Assembly (NCBI GenBank): GCA_030704615.1
Contig: CM060732.1
Location: forward strand, 79,360,001 to 79,424,000
Origin: Takakia lepidozioides
Lineage: Eukaryota; Plantae; Bryophyta
Length of the DNA: 64,000 nt
Reading direction: 5' to 3'
Below the pieces are notes generated by a model. The model did no database searches. It worked only from the letters and a program-made list of their open reading frames with translations, and was not told where the DNA came from. Numbering within the stretch: position 1 is the first letter of the stretch; each line of letters opens with the position of its first letter. The translations under genes and the position numbers were made by a program. Positions 36,801 through 48,246 of the stretch are shown here, one piece after another.

Positions 36801-39800
36801 GGTGTGTATAATACAATTAAAACATCATATGATTATATGAATGACTAATGGGTGTATTGGTTAACAGGTAATGAACTATAACTCTTATAGTAAAGAGGTT
36901 GCAGGTTCAAACTCCTCTAAGTACAATCAAATGGATAAGATGACCCTAGGGTTAGTAGGTGAGTTAGGGATAGCACGTGGTGCCCTAGATGGATTGCCAC
37001 GTGGTTTTTTCATTATTATAAAATGCATTATGCCACGTGGCACAATGCGGTGTGACGCGGCGTTTGACATATGTTTTAGTTTTTTAGTTTTTTAATTTAA
37101 TTTAATTTTTTAAATCAATTGCGCCTCGCCACGTGGCGCGGCAGCGGCGGCTACAGTATGGTATATATGACTGCAGTGAGAGATATCACTTGGTTCATAT
37201 GACTGTAGTCATCCGGACCGTACCATCCTGTACTCATTGTATTGACTTGGTTTGCACGACTTACAGTCATAGAAGTCATATGTACCGTTTATGACTGCAG
37301 AATAGTCATAAATACCGCGATCTGTTGTAGTGTGATCCAAGGTCTCATTAATCCTGGGTAATGGGTAGGCATCCTTTTTGGTGATGTCATTCAGCTTCCT
37401 GAAGTCAACACAGAAACGAGTGGTACCATCTTTCTTACCAACCAGGACAATCGGACTGGCCCAAGGAGAAACTGAAGGCTTAACCACGCCAGCATCAAGC
37501 ATTTTCTGTACCTCTTCTTGAATTATTGCACGTTCCTTGACACTCTCATGGTAAGCAAATTGTTTAATAGGAGCCCCTTCAGTGACAATGTCATGTTGGA
37601 GAATATGAGTGCGTCCTAGATCAGTGGATCCCAAACTGAAAACATCTAGATTCTTTGCAATAAGCATTTCCACTTTCCTCCTTTGTCTAGAGGAGAGAGT
37701 TGTGCCCAACTTGATTTCAGATAAGAGGGCCGCCTTACCTTCTGGGCTGAGATCAAGGACAGGTGGTGGAGCAACTGCAGCAAAGGCAGAAACCTCATCT
37801 AAGAGGCCATGTTGGATGCCGATGGCCTCAAGTCCAAAGCCAGCGTGCACCTCTTGTATCGCAGCAATGGGCAGAGCAGTATTGCGAGCCAGAACCTGCC
37901 CCTTTTTAATAGTCACAGGGAAGCGCTCAAGATTAGCAATCAGGATCTTGACTTCCTGCCTATATCCTCTATCCAGAACACCAGTGGCCACCAGGCAGTG
38001 CTTAAGGGCATTCAATCTCCTCCAACCTTCAACTTCTAGGAAATGAGAAGCTGGACACAAGAAAGCCAGACCAGACTTGACCACCTTCTGAGTCAAGGCA
38101 AGGATGGTGATGTTGAGAGGTGCACGAATTAGAGTAGAATTCTTTGGAATAGCTATGGGCACCCCTGTCCTATCCCTAGCACCAGGAACATGCCACTGAT
38201 ATAAGAGTTGAAGAATAGGCTGAAACTTGTAGAAATCATTCCAATTGAGGTTGGAGTGAGAGTTCTGTTGTACCTCCTTTACTAGGGCCTGGACTCTGGA
38301 CAAATTGGCTGTAGCAGACCCAGCCTTTATCTTCACTGCTTTCAAAAGAACCACTACTTCATGCCCCTCTCCATTGTTAAAGCGAAGGGAGTAGTCTACT
38401 AGGCTGATGGTGGCACCAGCCCCGGTCATCCAGTCAAGGCCTAGAAGGAATTGATCTCCAATGGTGACTATGCAGGTACCTAACGACAACCTCCTTTTTA
38501 TGAATTATGATGGGAACAGTGACTAGTCCTAAGGGCTCATACCTGGATCCATCTGCAATAAGCACCTCAATACCCGTGGCAGAGCATAGTTTAAGACCAA
38601 GAACTCTCACAACACTCAAGGGTATGGCAGCTATAGTGCATCCAGTATCAACCACACAGGGAAAGCTGAGCTCGTGGATATGGCACTGGGCCATGAGGGG
38701 ACTGATCTGCTGGCCAGCAGTCTGCCGACTGAGAGGACAATGCAAAGCTTTGAAATTAGTAGATACAACAGCTTGAATCGGAACAGAAGAAACAGGGTTG
38801 GTAGATGATGGACCTCTTGCCCCCTTCCCAAGAGATCGTGCTAGTTTAAAAGAGGGGAAGAGCCATTAGCTGTCTTCTTGTTCTTGATCAGCTCTGGTAG
38901 CCCTGCTCTGTCTAGACAATGCTTCGTCCAGTGTTCAAAAGACCCACAGATGTAACAGGCAGCACGATTACCTTCATAGGCTTGTCCAGTCTGGGTTCGA
39001 CCTCTATTGTTACGTCTTGTGGTTCCTTGGCTGTGTCGAGGCTGCCATCTCTGTTGATGAGCCTGCATGGCAGCAAACTGAGTGGCCACAGACTCACTAA
39101 GACTTCCCACAGTATTAGCCAACCCCTGAAGAGTAAAATCATCAGCTTTATATGTCTTAGCAGGAGGAACATAGGGTGAGGATGTTGCAAACATGCCAAG
39201 CTCTGAACCCACTGGAGCTTGAAACTTGGCATGATGTTGCATTGATTTGCTGTCAGCCAAGTCTGCCATTTTAAGATTAATTTCTGCTAACATAGTCTTG
39301 TCATCAACAAAATGATGTCGTTGAGCCCAATTCTGAATAGTGGAAGGCAACCCAAGGAGAAAATACCTTTTAACCATACGATCCCTCTCTGCGGGGTCTA
39401 TGATGTTTTCAACAGCAGCAAATTTTAGATCCATGTAATACTTCCACAAGGATTCCCCAGGTTGGTAAGTCCTGGCCGAAAGCTTGGTAAAGCAATCCAG
39501 AGGCCTCTCAGGAGGTTTGAACAAGGTCTTTGCCTATTCCACCAGAGTTGCCCAGTTGAGGCTGGGATCATCCATGACAGCCGCATGCAGTAAGTCACGA
39601 GCTGGTCCCTTCATGCTCATCCTAAAGATCGTCATCTTGAAATTCTCAGGCACTCCATTGACACTAGCAATGACCTCAAACATCTGAAGATATCTATCAA
39701 AGTCTTTTCCCATGGTATATTCTGGGTAAGGTTGAGTGGTCAGCTGGGGAATCAGATGATACGGCAAGCTATGGTTGATATGACCATGGAGGACAGACCC

Positions 39801-42067
39801 ATGAGCAGGGCAACAGGGAACTATGGGAGCAGCATTACCATGCACATATCCAATATTAGATGCAGAATTGTAACTTACATTATTATTGCTGACTGATCAT
39901 GTAGCAGTTGAGGCTGACAGACGTGACGCCACCGTGCCCATGGGAAGAGCAGGTATTGCCACACTTGGCTGAGCAACAGGGTTAGTAGACTGCAAGTGGG
40001 TCTGTGGCATGCCACTCATGGGAAGAGTGGATGCCACTCCCACCGGTTGTGTTGACACAGATCTTATACTGCTAAGAGGGATATTGCTAGCATGCATACC
40101 CACGGACTGGCTAGAGACAAGATGTGGTGGCACCCCAGCTTGGAAGCAGCAGGAAGAGCCCCCACTGATTGGTCAGCTATGGCAGGAGGCAGAGCAGTAG
40201 ACATATTAGAGGGCCCTTGCATCATGACACCCCCACCTTGAACAACACCATGCACGTTCAACACAGGAAGATTGCCCACATGCAGACCCGAATTCATAGG
40301 CAACAAGTTCCCTCCCTCGAGAGTGGGACTAGGGAAATTCACAACAGGCAGCATCCTAGGACTCAAGTTAGCAACCAGGGCCAGCATACTGCTCGTAGTA
40401 GCCCAGACATCCGAACCAGACCCTTCGATCCCGTGGACATGAGTAGGATGAGAGGGCAGAACGTTTAACTCCCGAGCCAGCGTAGGCTCAGTCCGTCTAG
40501 CCACCAAGGCCTCATCACGCCGATCATAGACAGAAAGGCCCTCAAGGGTGGCTATCCCAGACCCCTCATCAACTAATGTAATACCAGTTAGGGACTCTGC
40601 AACTGCTCCCATTGTCCCAACATTCAACAATTCATCATCACTCACCATGAAATTACCTGCCTGCAGGTTGTCCGATCCCTCATTCACTTCTACTATACCT
40701 TCGGCCAGCGGCTCTCCTAAATTATTCATGGACCTCTGTCTTCCGGATCTCAGCCAAGTAGTTCTAGAATCACCTAGCATACAAGAAACGAGGTTGGATT
40801 GGAGGCATAACATTTAAGCAGCAGGGATGTGGAGCATGGGCCGAGCACTTGGCGAGCTGTCTTCCGGAACCCAAGTGGAACAATACACCACCCTCAGCAC
40901 CTTGTGTGATTGTAATTCATAGATCCCCAACGCCAGCCACTCCCAACCATCAGCTCCTTTAAGCCAAAAGCCAACGCGGGTGGTATCGCCCTCTCTCCAG
41001 GTGCGCGAAAGCACAGTCGAGTTTGAACAGTCACTCAGTCTCTCAAACGCGCTTGGGCGAGCCACTTGCTATGAAGCAAAGGACTCCACACCCAGGACCA
41101 CTAGATCAGACAACTGTACTATCAAGGCCCCACCCGTCAAACCATCAATTAACTGTGAATAAGTAGGTGCCAAGGCGCAGGGCCGGAGCTGAAATCGTAG
41201 TGCCCTCAAGATCAAAGCCCCCGTGCCTTGTAACATCAACGACAACCAACTTCGCCCTACCACATCAGGGCCATGTTGAAGCTCTGCACTTCGAACACCA
41301 GAAAGAGGTAGATACAAGCCAACTTCCAACCAGGTCAATTCACGATGGTTCAGAAAACGCGACTTGATCGTCCTGGACAGTAGACGCTCTTTGTTGCATA
41401 GCTCAAATTCGCGCTTAGCAAGCTGTCTGGCCCTGGATATCACCGCACCAGGCTCAAGCAAAGGTCGCGTGAACAGGGCCTCATGATGACTGGTTAGTAC
41501 AGCAAGATCACCTACAACAGCTCTCTCTACACGCTCAAACCAAAGCTGATCTTCGTCACACAACAGATCATCTATTTCCTGTGACAATTCAATGTCTCTC
41601 TCTAATTCTGCTGCTTGCTGCCTACTTTCGAAATATTCAGGGCCTGGATCCACAAAATTGTCAAAGTTATAGTAGTCTGGGTCAAAGCTATCTAGAGAGC
41701 TGTCAGACCTCTCAAACCTTGGCGACCACGCCTCTGCCTCCCCCAGATTATCATAATCACTACCACCAGGAGAACCCAATGAAACAACAAGGGCTGGAAC
41801 GTAAGCAGCAGGCTCAGGAAGAGGCGACGCTGGCAAGGCAACACTGCCAGGCCGCGCGCCGTCGGTAGTGTTAGTAATAACAAGAATGTCAGCAGGGTGA
41901 GAAACAACGGGAGGAGCAACAACAACAACACCAGCAGAATAAGAAGTGCCAACAGGGTCAGTCTCTACACTAGGATCAGCTTTGATAGCAAGTGCCACGC
42001 TAATCTGAAGGAATAGGCTCTCCCCCTCTCTACGAGCTACACAAGACAAGTCACGAACTGTAGCCAT
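33890..42067 (-). pseudogene. gag-pol polyprotein remnants
   Basis: ORF fragments 41069-42067, 40064-41065, 38841-39845, 38434-38745, 37209-38489, 36230-36493, 35588-36214, 34330-34824 and 33935-34381, separated by stops and frameshifts. Confidence 0.9.
36498..37332. mobile_element. Non-autonomous CACTA (EnSpm) element nested in the gypsy RT
   Basis: Termini CACTACAACAGAT..CGCGGTA / TACCGCGATCTGTTGTAGTG, 3-bp TSD TGA (36495-97, 37333-35), subterminal ATGACT/AGTCAT repeats. Removing it restores RT RINETLDQLHGAT. Confidence 0.93.
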
Positions 42068-42260
42068 CCCCTGCGATCACACCCCAACACACATCGTGAG
42101 ACGGCAAAATCACAGCAGCAGGAGAAAATAGGGCAAAGCGAGGAGTCGTCATCGATAACACGCATTAGCGAACCCCTTAGGCAGTAGGACGTAGAGCAGA
42201 TCCCGCGAAAAGACCTAACTGATCCTGACAGTGCGGGCAGGATCCACCACGCCTAGAGTA

Positions 42261-42278
42261 CCCGGCGTCTCTCCACCA
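42261..42278 (-). other. Primer-binding site, probably tRNA-Ala
   Basis: TGGTGGAGAGACGCCGGG directly follows the 5' LTR on the minus strand. Its complement CCCGGCGTCTCTCCACCA resembles tRNA-Ala 3' ends. Confidence 0.65.
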
Positions 42279-42737
42279 TAAAACAAGCCTGAAGCATATA
42301 CTCATTTCCTCTCAAGAAGCGAGGTTGCACAACAAAGGGGCGAGCGGAAAGAGCAAGCAGCGCGCGAGACGAGGATCAAACACACGAATCAGACACTAAG
42401 TAGCTCTCATCCAAAACTTGTACACCCAAATCACATATACACCAACACCCGAGTACACCGCCCTCACCTTGTGTCAGGGCGCCGTCTTTATACAAAAGCC
42501 CTAACCATAGTGGCCTGCCGCGTGGCGAGGCATCATAGGCCAAAGCCCACGATGCTGCCTTGCAGCCTTAGATCTGATGAAAGGCCAAGATCAAGCCACC
42601 AGCCTAAACTAACCCTAACCTAAACATCATTGTAACGGATTAACGGCTTTATACGCCAAAAAAATATACTATGAATGTGTATCGCCGTTTTGGATGAAAC
42701 GGGCTATTTTCAGGCTAAGCAAGTATGGGGCTTTACA
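42279..42737 (-). repeat. 5' LTR
   Basis: Near-identical to 32967-33424. Confidence 0.95.
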
Positions 42738-42746
42738 AGGTCTTAA

Positions 42747-43612
42747 CCCTTAAAGGACGAGCTCTTTTTTGTTGGGCCCACTGAGAAAGGGTGCATACCC
42801 TTATGGACGAGGGCACTTCTACTAACCCCCCATCATCCGTGGGGATGAACCTTATACTTATGTGCATATCTACTAGATCCATGTCCTGTCAAAAATGTAG
42901 GCAAATTGACCATTGCATTGGGAGATTATAACAAACTAATATGCCCCAATTTGTAAACATATTCAACAGAGAACTGAGGCTATCCAATCGGCACTCAATG
43001 GGAAGAAGCAAATCCCTCTGTGTGCTCGACATCATGACGAACTACACGCGGGCAATTGCATGGAAAAAATTGTTTGACCACAAAATTGAAGTATCGAGTT
43101 GAATCTTTCTAGACAAAGGCCCTCCATAATCTGATTGTATGGCACCTAAACTACTGCCTCCCCAAAAAATCAGACCAAAATTCCAAAAAATCAGTTTGGC
43201 TGTTTTGTATGTGAAATCTGGAAGGCAAATTATCTTGTTTTGGCGTCTTTCCCAAGTACACCCATGAGGTGACATTTGTTTTCCAATTCCTCTGGTAAGT
43301 AAGTGCAAAGTAATATTTCATGGTGCCTTGTCCAAAAAATTTGGCATTAAGATAAATTTTTAGCCCTAGATGTTATCTTGAAGATTGCCCACTTGGCTGC
43401 CACGTAGGCAGGTCAATGGTGCTCTAACACTGGATTTTTTGAACCCCTGGCACTTTGCAAAAATTCTAGGGAGCAAATCTTTTATGATTTTTTGGCGATG
43501 TAAATTCTTACATATGCTCCTCTCTGACAGCTACAATTCATCTTGAACGTTCACTTCCATCTGCTATCATCCATGGGAACTCGAGCGTGGCAAGTAATCG
43601 ACCATTTAAGGG
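42747..43612. mobile_element. Possible non-autonomous piggyBac-like element
   Basis: TTAA|CCCTTAAAGGACGA ... TCGACCATTTAAGGG|TTAA. A second similar left end starts at ~43619. Confidence 0.5.
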
Positions 43613-43949
43613 TTAAGATTAACCCCTAAAGAATGTTTTTGTGGGGGCCCATTCAAAACAAATGTACCCTCATGGATGAGCTCATTTGACAAACATCAGA
43701 CAGGATGACGCAACGCGTCCACATTTTTTATTTTTATTTTTTTCTTGTGGACACGGCAAGAACATGGGCAGATTTAGAAAATGGAAGAGGTATAGCGATT
43801 GCACAAATGTCACGTTTGAAACTATTCAACTGGTCCAAGATTGTCTCATTTTTTGGCAACAAATTTGGGTGGTCCCGCAGTTGATACTACAAAATGGTCC
43901 TTGAGGAAAGCAATGACATATAGGGTGGGTGAAAGGGCTGATGTGTTTC

Positions 43950-44800
43950 AGCCTATTGTATATTGACATGCAATGGAAAGTATGGTCCTTCCATTGGGAA
44001 CTGTCTTTGTCATGATTGCTGAAGATGAGACCGTAGTGAAACGATATTTGGTTAGATGGGTTGCTAGCGATGATGTCATTTTGGGATTTTGTGGGGTTGA
44101 AGAAAAACATGCTTGTGTGTCAGACTTTGTAGTTGAAATAGGAGAAGGTGAAGGAGCCTTTGACAAGATTGTAGATGCCTTCAAGGACAACATGATAGCT
44201 CTTATGCTAGAGTGTTGATAACAAATCTCTTACATGTTAGTTTGCATCGATTGGTTGTAGTTGTGCAACTTACATGCAATAGGTTTAACAGTGAGTTCGT
44301 GAGGTGTAAATGAGAGAAAGTGAGGGTGTTGTGGAACAAATATGTGAGAGGTGTAGTTGGACCAATTGCTTCAGATGGTGACAGTCGAAGGATGAAGCTA
44401 ATGTTGGAAGATTATGACAATGGGGCTGGAGAAAGGTTCTTCATTCCTTGGAAAGGCTGTTGGGGAATGGTAGAGATATCTATAGACTACACGACCAAGA
44501 CTTTATTCACAATGGGAAGAAGTTGGTGAATCTATTCAACAACCCTTCACGATAACTAGTATTGGGTGAGAAGCTTGCAACCTTGAACCATATGCTTTTG
44601 ATTTATCAAACGTTTCCAAGTGATAAACATGGACTCCAAGAAGGTGATGTCACGAAGGAAGATCGGCAAAATTGGGGGGTAGCTCAACGCATAACTTCTC
44701 GCAAAGTGCAAGCATGAGAGGGCTAGATTTCAAGCACAAGATTACCTAGGATTCCTTGTGGATCAATAGCTATAAGAAACCTGCATGGGTGGATGGTCAA
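43950..44800 (+). pseudogene. Degenerate DDE transposase fragment, P-element/THAP9-like
   Basis: IAEDETVVKR..VRW..DDVILGFCG, then ASDGDSRR, then (frameshifted) HDQDFIHNGKKLVN resembling the DxxH motif. Confidence 0.5.
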
Positions 44801-45339
44801 CTAAAGGTAGCTGCTGCAGCACTAAGGGTCCTCTCTGTGGGCATATAAACACAGCCACAAAGAGGTTCTTCTTACTCACGCCGCCAGCAGGCCACCGCTG
44901 CACTAGTGCCAACCACCAGCAGTAGGCCCCTGCACTTGGTCAGTATTCACAATGCTCCTTCACTTAATTTGCCCACCAGATTCCAAGCTACTCATGCAAG
45001 AGACAAAGCTAAGTATTTGAATCTGCTGAATTGTTTCCTTGGTTTATAGGGGGCAGGGCAGATAATCATAGGTAATTTTGTGCTTGAAATGTAGCCTTCT
45101 TGCATGAATCTGAACCCACATTCCATCCCTGCTCCTTCAGCTATTCCTGCCAAGAGAAAGAGAGAGGGAGGGGCACGGCAGGGAGAGGGAGAGGCAAGGA
45201 CAGGGAGAGGGTATCCAGTGATGTGCTCACTGTTTGGGGGGGGTGGCTGGCGGGTCGCTCATGAGCTGGAGCAAGCAGGCTGCCGCCGCCGCCGCCGCAG
45301 CCAGCCAGCCACCAGCAGATAGCTCCCGCATTTGGTGAG

Positions 45340-45455
45340 TATTCAGCGATGCTCCCGCACTTAACATATATGTTGACGAGGCAGGCGTTGCATAAAAAAA
45401 TGTCTGGCTTAAATCCAGTTTGGATAAGGTGAACGTGCACCTGCCCACCAGCTTC
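45340..45455 (-). pseudogene. PLS-class PPR gene fragment
   Basis: GGQVHVHLIQTGFKPDIFLCNACLVNIYVKCGSI is a typical L-S PPR motif junction. Confidence 0.75.
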
Positions 45456-45484
45456 CAACTTTTTCATCTTTATGCTAAAATGTC

Positions 45485-45860
45485 TCATTGATTGGTGGCC
45501 GCAGATGTGGAAACTCGTGAAAGAATTTTTAAAATCTTGCGACACGTGTGCTCGAGCGAAGGGACCACGACATCGACCTTACGGCCTTCTTCAACCATTA
45601 CCCATTCCCAATGGTCCGTGGTCGTCCGTGTCTATGGACTTTATTACGGACCTTCCAATTTCCAAGACCACTGATTCAATCCTTGTTATTGTAGATCGTT
45701 TTACAAAGATGGCACATTTCATTCCATGTAATAAAACGGTTACCGAAGAGGAAACTGCAAGACTCTTCCTCAATAATATCTACCGCATGCATGGACTCCC
45801 GAAGGACATTGTGTTTGATCGAGGACCACAGTTCATATCAAATTTCTGGAGGGGATTATT
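45485..45860 (+). mobile_element. Ty3/gypsy (chromovirus-type) integrase fragment
   Basis: WWPQM..SCDTCARAK..PYGLLQPLPIP..W..VSMDFITDLP..VDRFTKMAHFIP..HGLPKDIVFDRGPQF. Confidence 0.9.
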
Positions 45861-45984
45861 TTACCATATACATTTTGATGCAATAGTGAGTTTTTAGAAA
45901 AATATGGGTGGTACCATGGACCACTATCACTACAAAATTAGCAGACAGAAGTCCATTTTGGTCTGCCCTACCCTACATTCACCC

Positions 45985-46115
45985 TATATATCGGGTCTGG
46001 CCAAGAATTTGTTGTCAGTGGGATCTATAGCGGACAAGGGACACATTGTTGTGTTTGATTCGCACAAATGTTTGATAATGTCCAAAAATGGGCCCAAACA
46101 GATAATAGCGGGTAG
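45985..46115 (+). mobile_element. Ty1/copia polyprotein fragment (post-protease region)
   Basis: YISGLAKNLLSVGSIADKGHIVVFDSHKCLI. Confidence 0.75.
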
Positions 46116-46332
46116 TTGCACGCTAAGGTGGACAAAAAACGGCAGATGCTGCTTCCATGGAAGTCATGATCAAATTTAAAATTAATGATATTTCCCAAAA
46201 TAATTTTAAAAGATAATAGACAATGTTATATTTAACATTTTTAGTAAAGGGTCATACCCCAAACATCAAAGATATTTTTTACTATAAATTTTAATCTTTA
46301 ATTTGAATAAAATTTGATATATCAGAAATTAG

Positions 46333-46790
46333 AATTTACATCGATTTGTCCATATACAACCAAGCCATTGTAGATTGTATTTTTGTATCCTTTGCAGTAA
46401 AATATGACACCTCTAAAACCCAAAACACAATATATACTAAACTAGAACAAATCCACCTATATATAACACTAATATTAGTCCATAGATACTAAATGACAGC
46501 TGATATTGTCATTTTCAATTGAAATCTGGATTGTTCTCTAAATTGGCCCCCTTACCTCAAAATTTACATCGATTTATCCATATACAACCAAGCCATTGTA
46601 GATTGTATTTTTGTATTATTTGCAGTAAAATATGACACCTCTAAAACCCAAAACACAATATATACTAAACTAGAACAAATCCACCTATATATAACACTAA
46701 TATTAGTCCATAGATAGTAAATGACAGTTGATATTGTCATTTTCAGTTGAAATCTGGATTGTTATCTAAATTGGGCCCCTTACCTCAAAA
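46333..46790. repeat. Direct tandem duplication of an AT-rich unit of ~228 bp
   Basis: TTTACATCGATTT.TCCATATACAACCAAGCC ... CCCCTTACCTCAAAA occurs twice. Confidence 0.9.
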
Positions 46791-46869
46791 GTTCAAAGCA
46801 ATACACCAAAGGCACAATGGCTTATTTTGAGCCCATGTAGTTCCATTTGCAGCGGTAACAGTCCACAGT

Positions 46870-47400
46870 TGTCGTGTTCAAAAGTCCATAGCCTTTCGAC
46901 ATTTTATTGGATTGACGATTGGACAATTGATATAGGTAGGTATTGAAGTTAGGAATCCGGTTGGGAGCAGGACCCATAAGTTGGCTGAGTAAACGTCAAC
47001 CAACTATAGCTTTATCATCAATAGAGGCTATCAGAGACCACCAAGGAGTCTGTTTGGCTGAAGCGAATGCTTCAAGAATTGAGTCTTGCAGACGAAAGGG
47101 CGCTTATTCACATTGATAATTAAAGTTGCATTAAGATAGCGCATAATCCTGTTTTTCATGCTAGAACTAAACACACATAAGTCCAATATCATTTTGTTCG
47201 AGAACAATTCTGTTAGGGAACCTAGAGGTCAATTATGTCTCAACTACCGAATTCTACAAAAGCCTTAGGAAGACTCAAGTTTGAGAAGTGCAGATTCGAA
47301 ATAGGAGTTTGCAAGAAGTTAGAGGTCCAAACTAGAATCCTGTAGTTGTGGTTTGAGAGGGAATGTAGAAGTAACAAAGATTTATCAGTAACACACAAAT
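46870..47400 (+). mobile_element. Ty1/copia RNase H remnant with polypurine tract and start of an LTR
   Basis: Degenerate WLSKRQPTIALSS, IAHNPVFHARTKH and YHFVRE, then TTGAGAGGGAA followed by TGTAGAAG at ~47363. Confidence 0.7.
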
Positions 47401-48246
47401 AGAACTCTGTCAACAAGATTTGCTGTAAAATAGTTAGTCATCAATGAAAGAGAACAAGGGGGTAGTTAATGATTAAGTCGGTAGATTTATTAGCACACGG
47501 CATGCACTAAACATATCTAGGTGAGGTAACCCGATATAAGACTGTAAGCCTAAGCCTATGTCTCAGTTCACCGTTCTCGAAGTAGCTGAGTTTTCAACAA
47601 TGCGAGACCCAAGAAATCTTTCTTGATGATGCTGCTGTTGTCAGATAGGATTTGGGCAATCGTCTCTACATTCCTGCTTTGCAACCGGCCAAATACGATG
47701 ACACACCTCACGGCAAAATGGGGGCCCCTGAATTTCTACATGAAGGACAATCAGCATTTTCACGCTGTCGAAAACTGCATGTTCAGTACGATCCATTGAG
47801 CACCTCATCGATGCCTTCAACAAGTAATCCATTGGGTTAGAAAAAGTGTTTGTTGAAAAATCTTGAACTCCATTGGAAGTTTCGTATTTCTGAAGTGGTC
47901 GTCGAGTATCAGTACAAGGACAATCTCTCCTTGGAGAGAGTCACCGAAAAAATTCAATTCTGAGTATAAGAATGGGCTAAGCCAGCAGGCTTCGTCCTTC
48001 CACCCAATCCAGGTGGGCAGTTTGAAGGAATTCTGCTGCCGCTGACAGTATATTCAAATGATCTACTTCAAAGCCCCTTCAAAAGGGCTATGTAGTTTAT
48101 AGTTGCACAGCACCTATATGAACAATGTTGGTTTCAGGTGATTGAGGAGCGCCGAGAAGCACAAGAAACCTACTAGTCTCGCTTCCAGCTCGGAGACCTT
48201 GGCTCAATCATGGTCAGTGGTGGGCAGAGGAAAAATACTATTGAAA

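Larger units (their letters stand above)
32967..42737 (-). mobile_element. Full-length Ty3/gypsy LTR retrotransposon (decayed)
   Basis: Two ~458-bp LTRs. Domain order on the minus strand: gag (CYICGSFEHWTKHC), PR (VVDTG), dUTPase-like, RT (SPWASP, YPLPRI, YVDD), RNase H (TDAS, ETDH), IN (HLG..CEGC, TDQG, GPY). Confidence 0.95.

Noticed and set aside
46113-46862. Possible TIR pair around the AT-rich duplication
   Set aside because: The inverted similarity is too weak and no TSD was found.
47641-48045. Coding-like fragment downstream of PKS copy 5 (possible tailoring enzyme)
   Set aside because: Short ORFs with stops and no recognisable domain.
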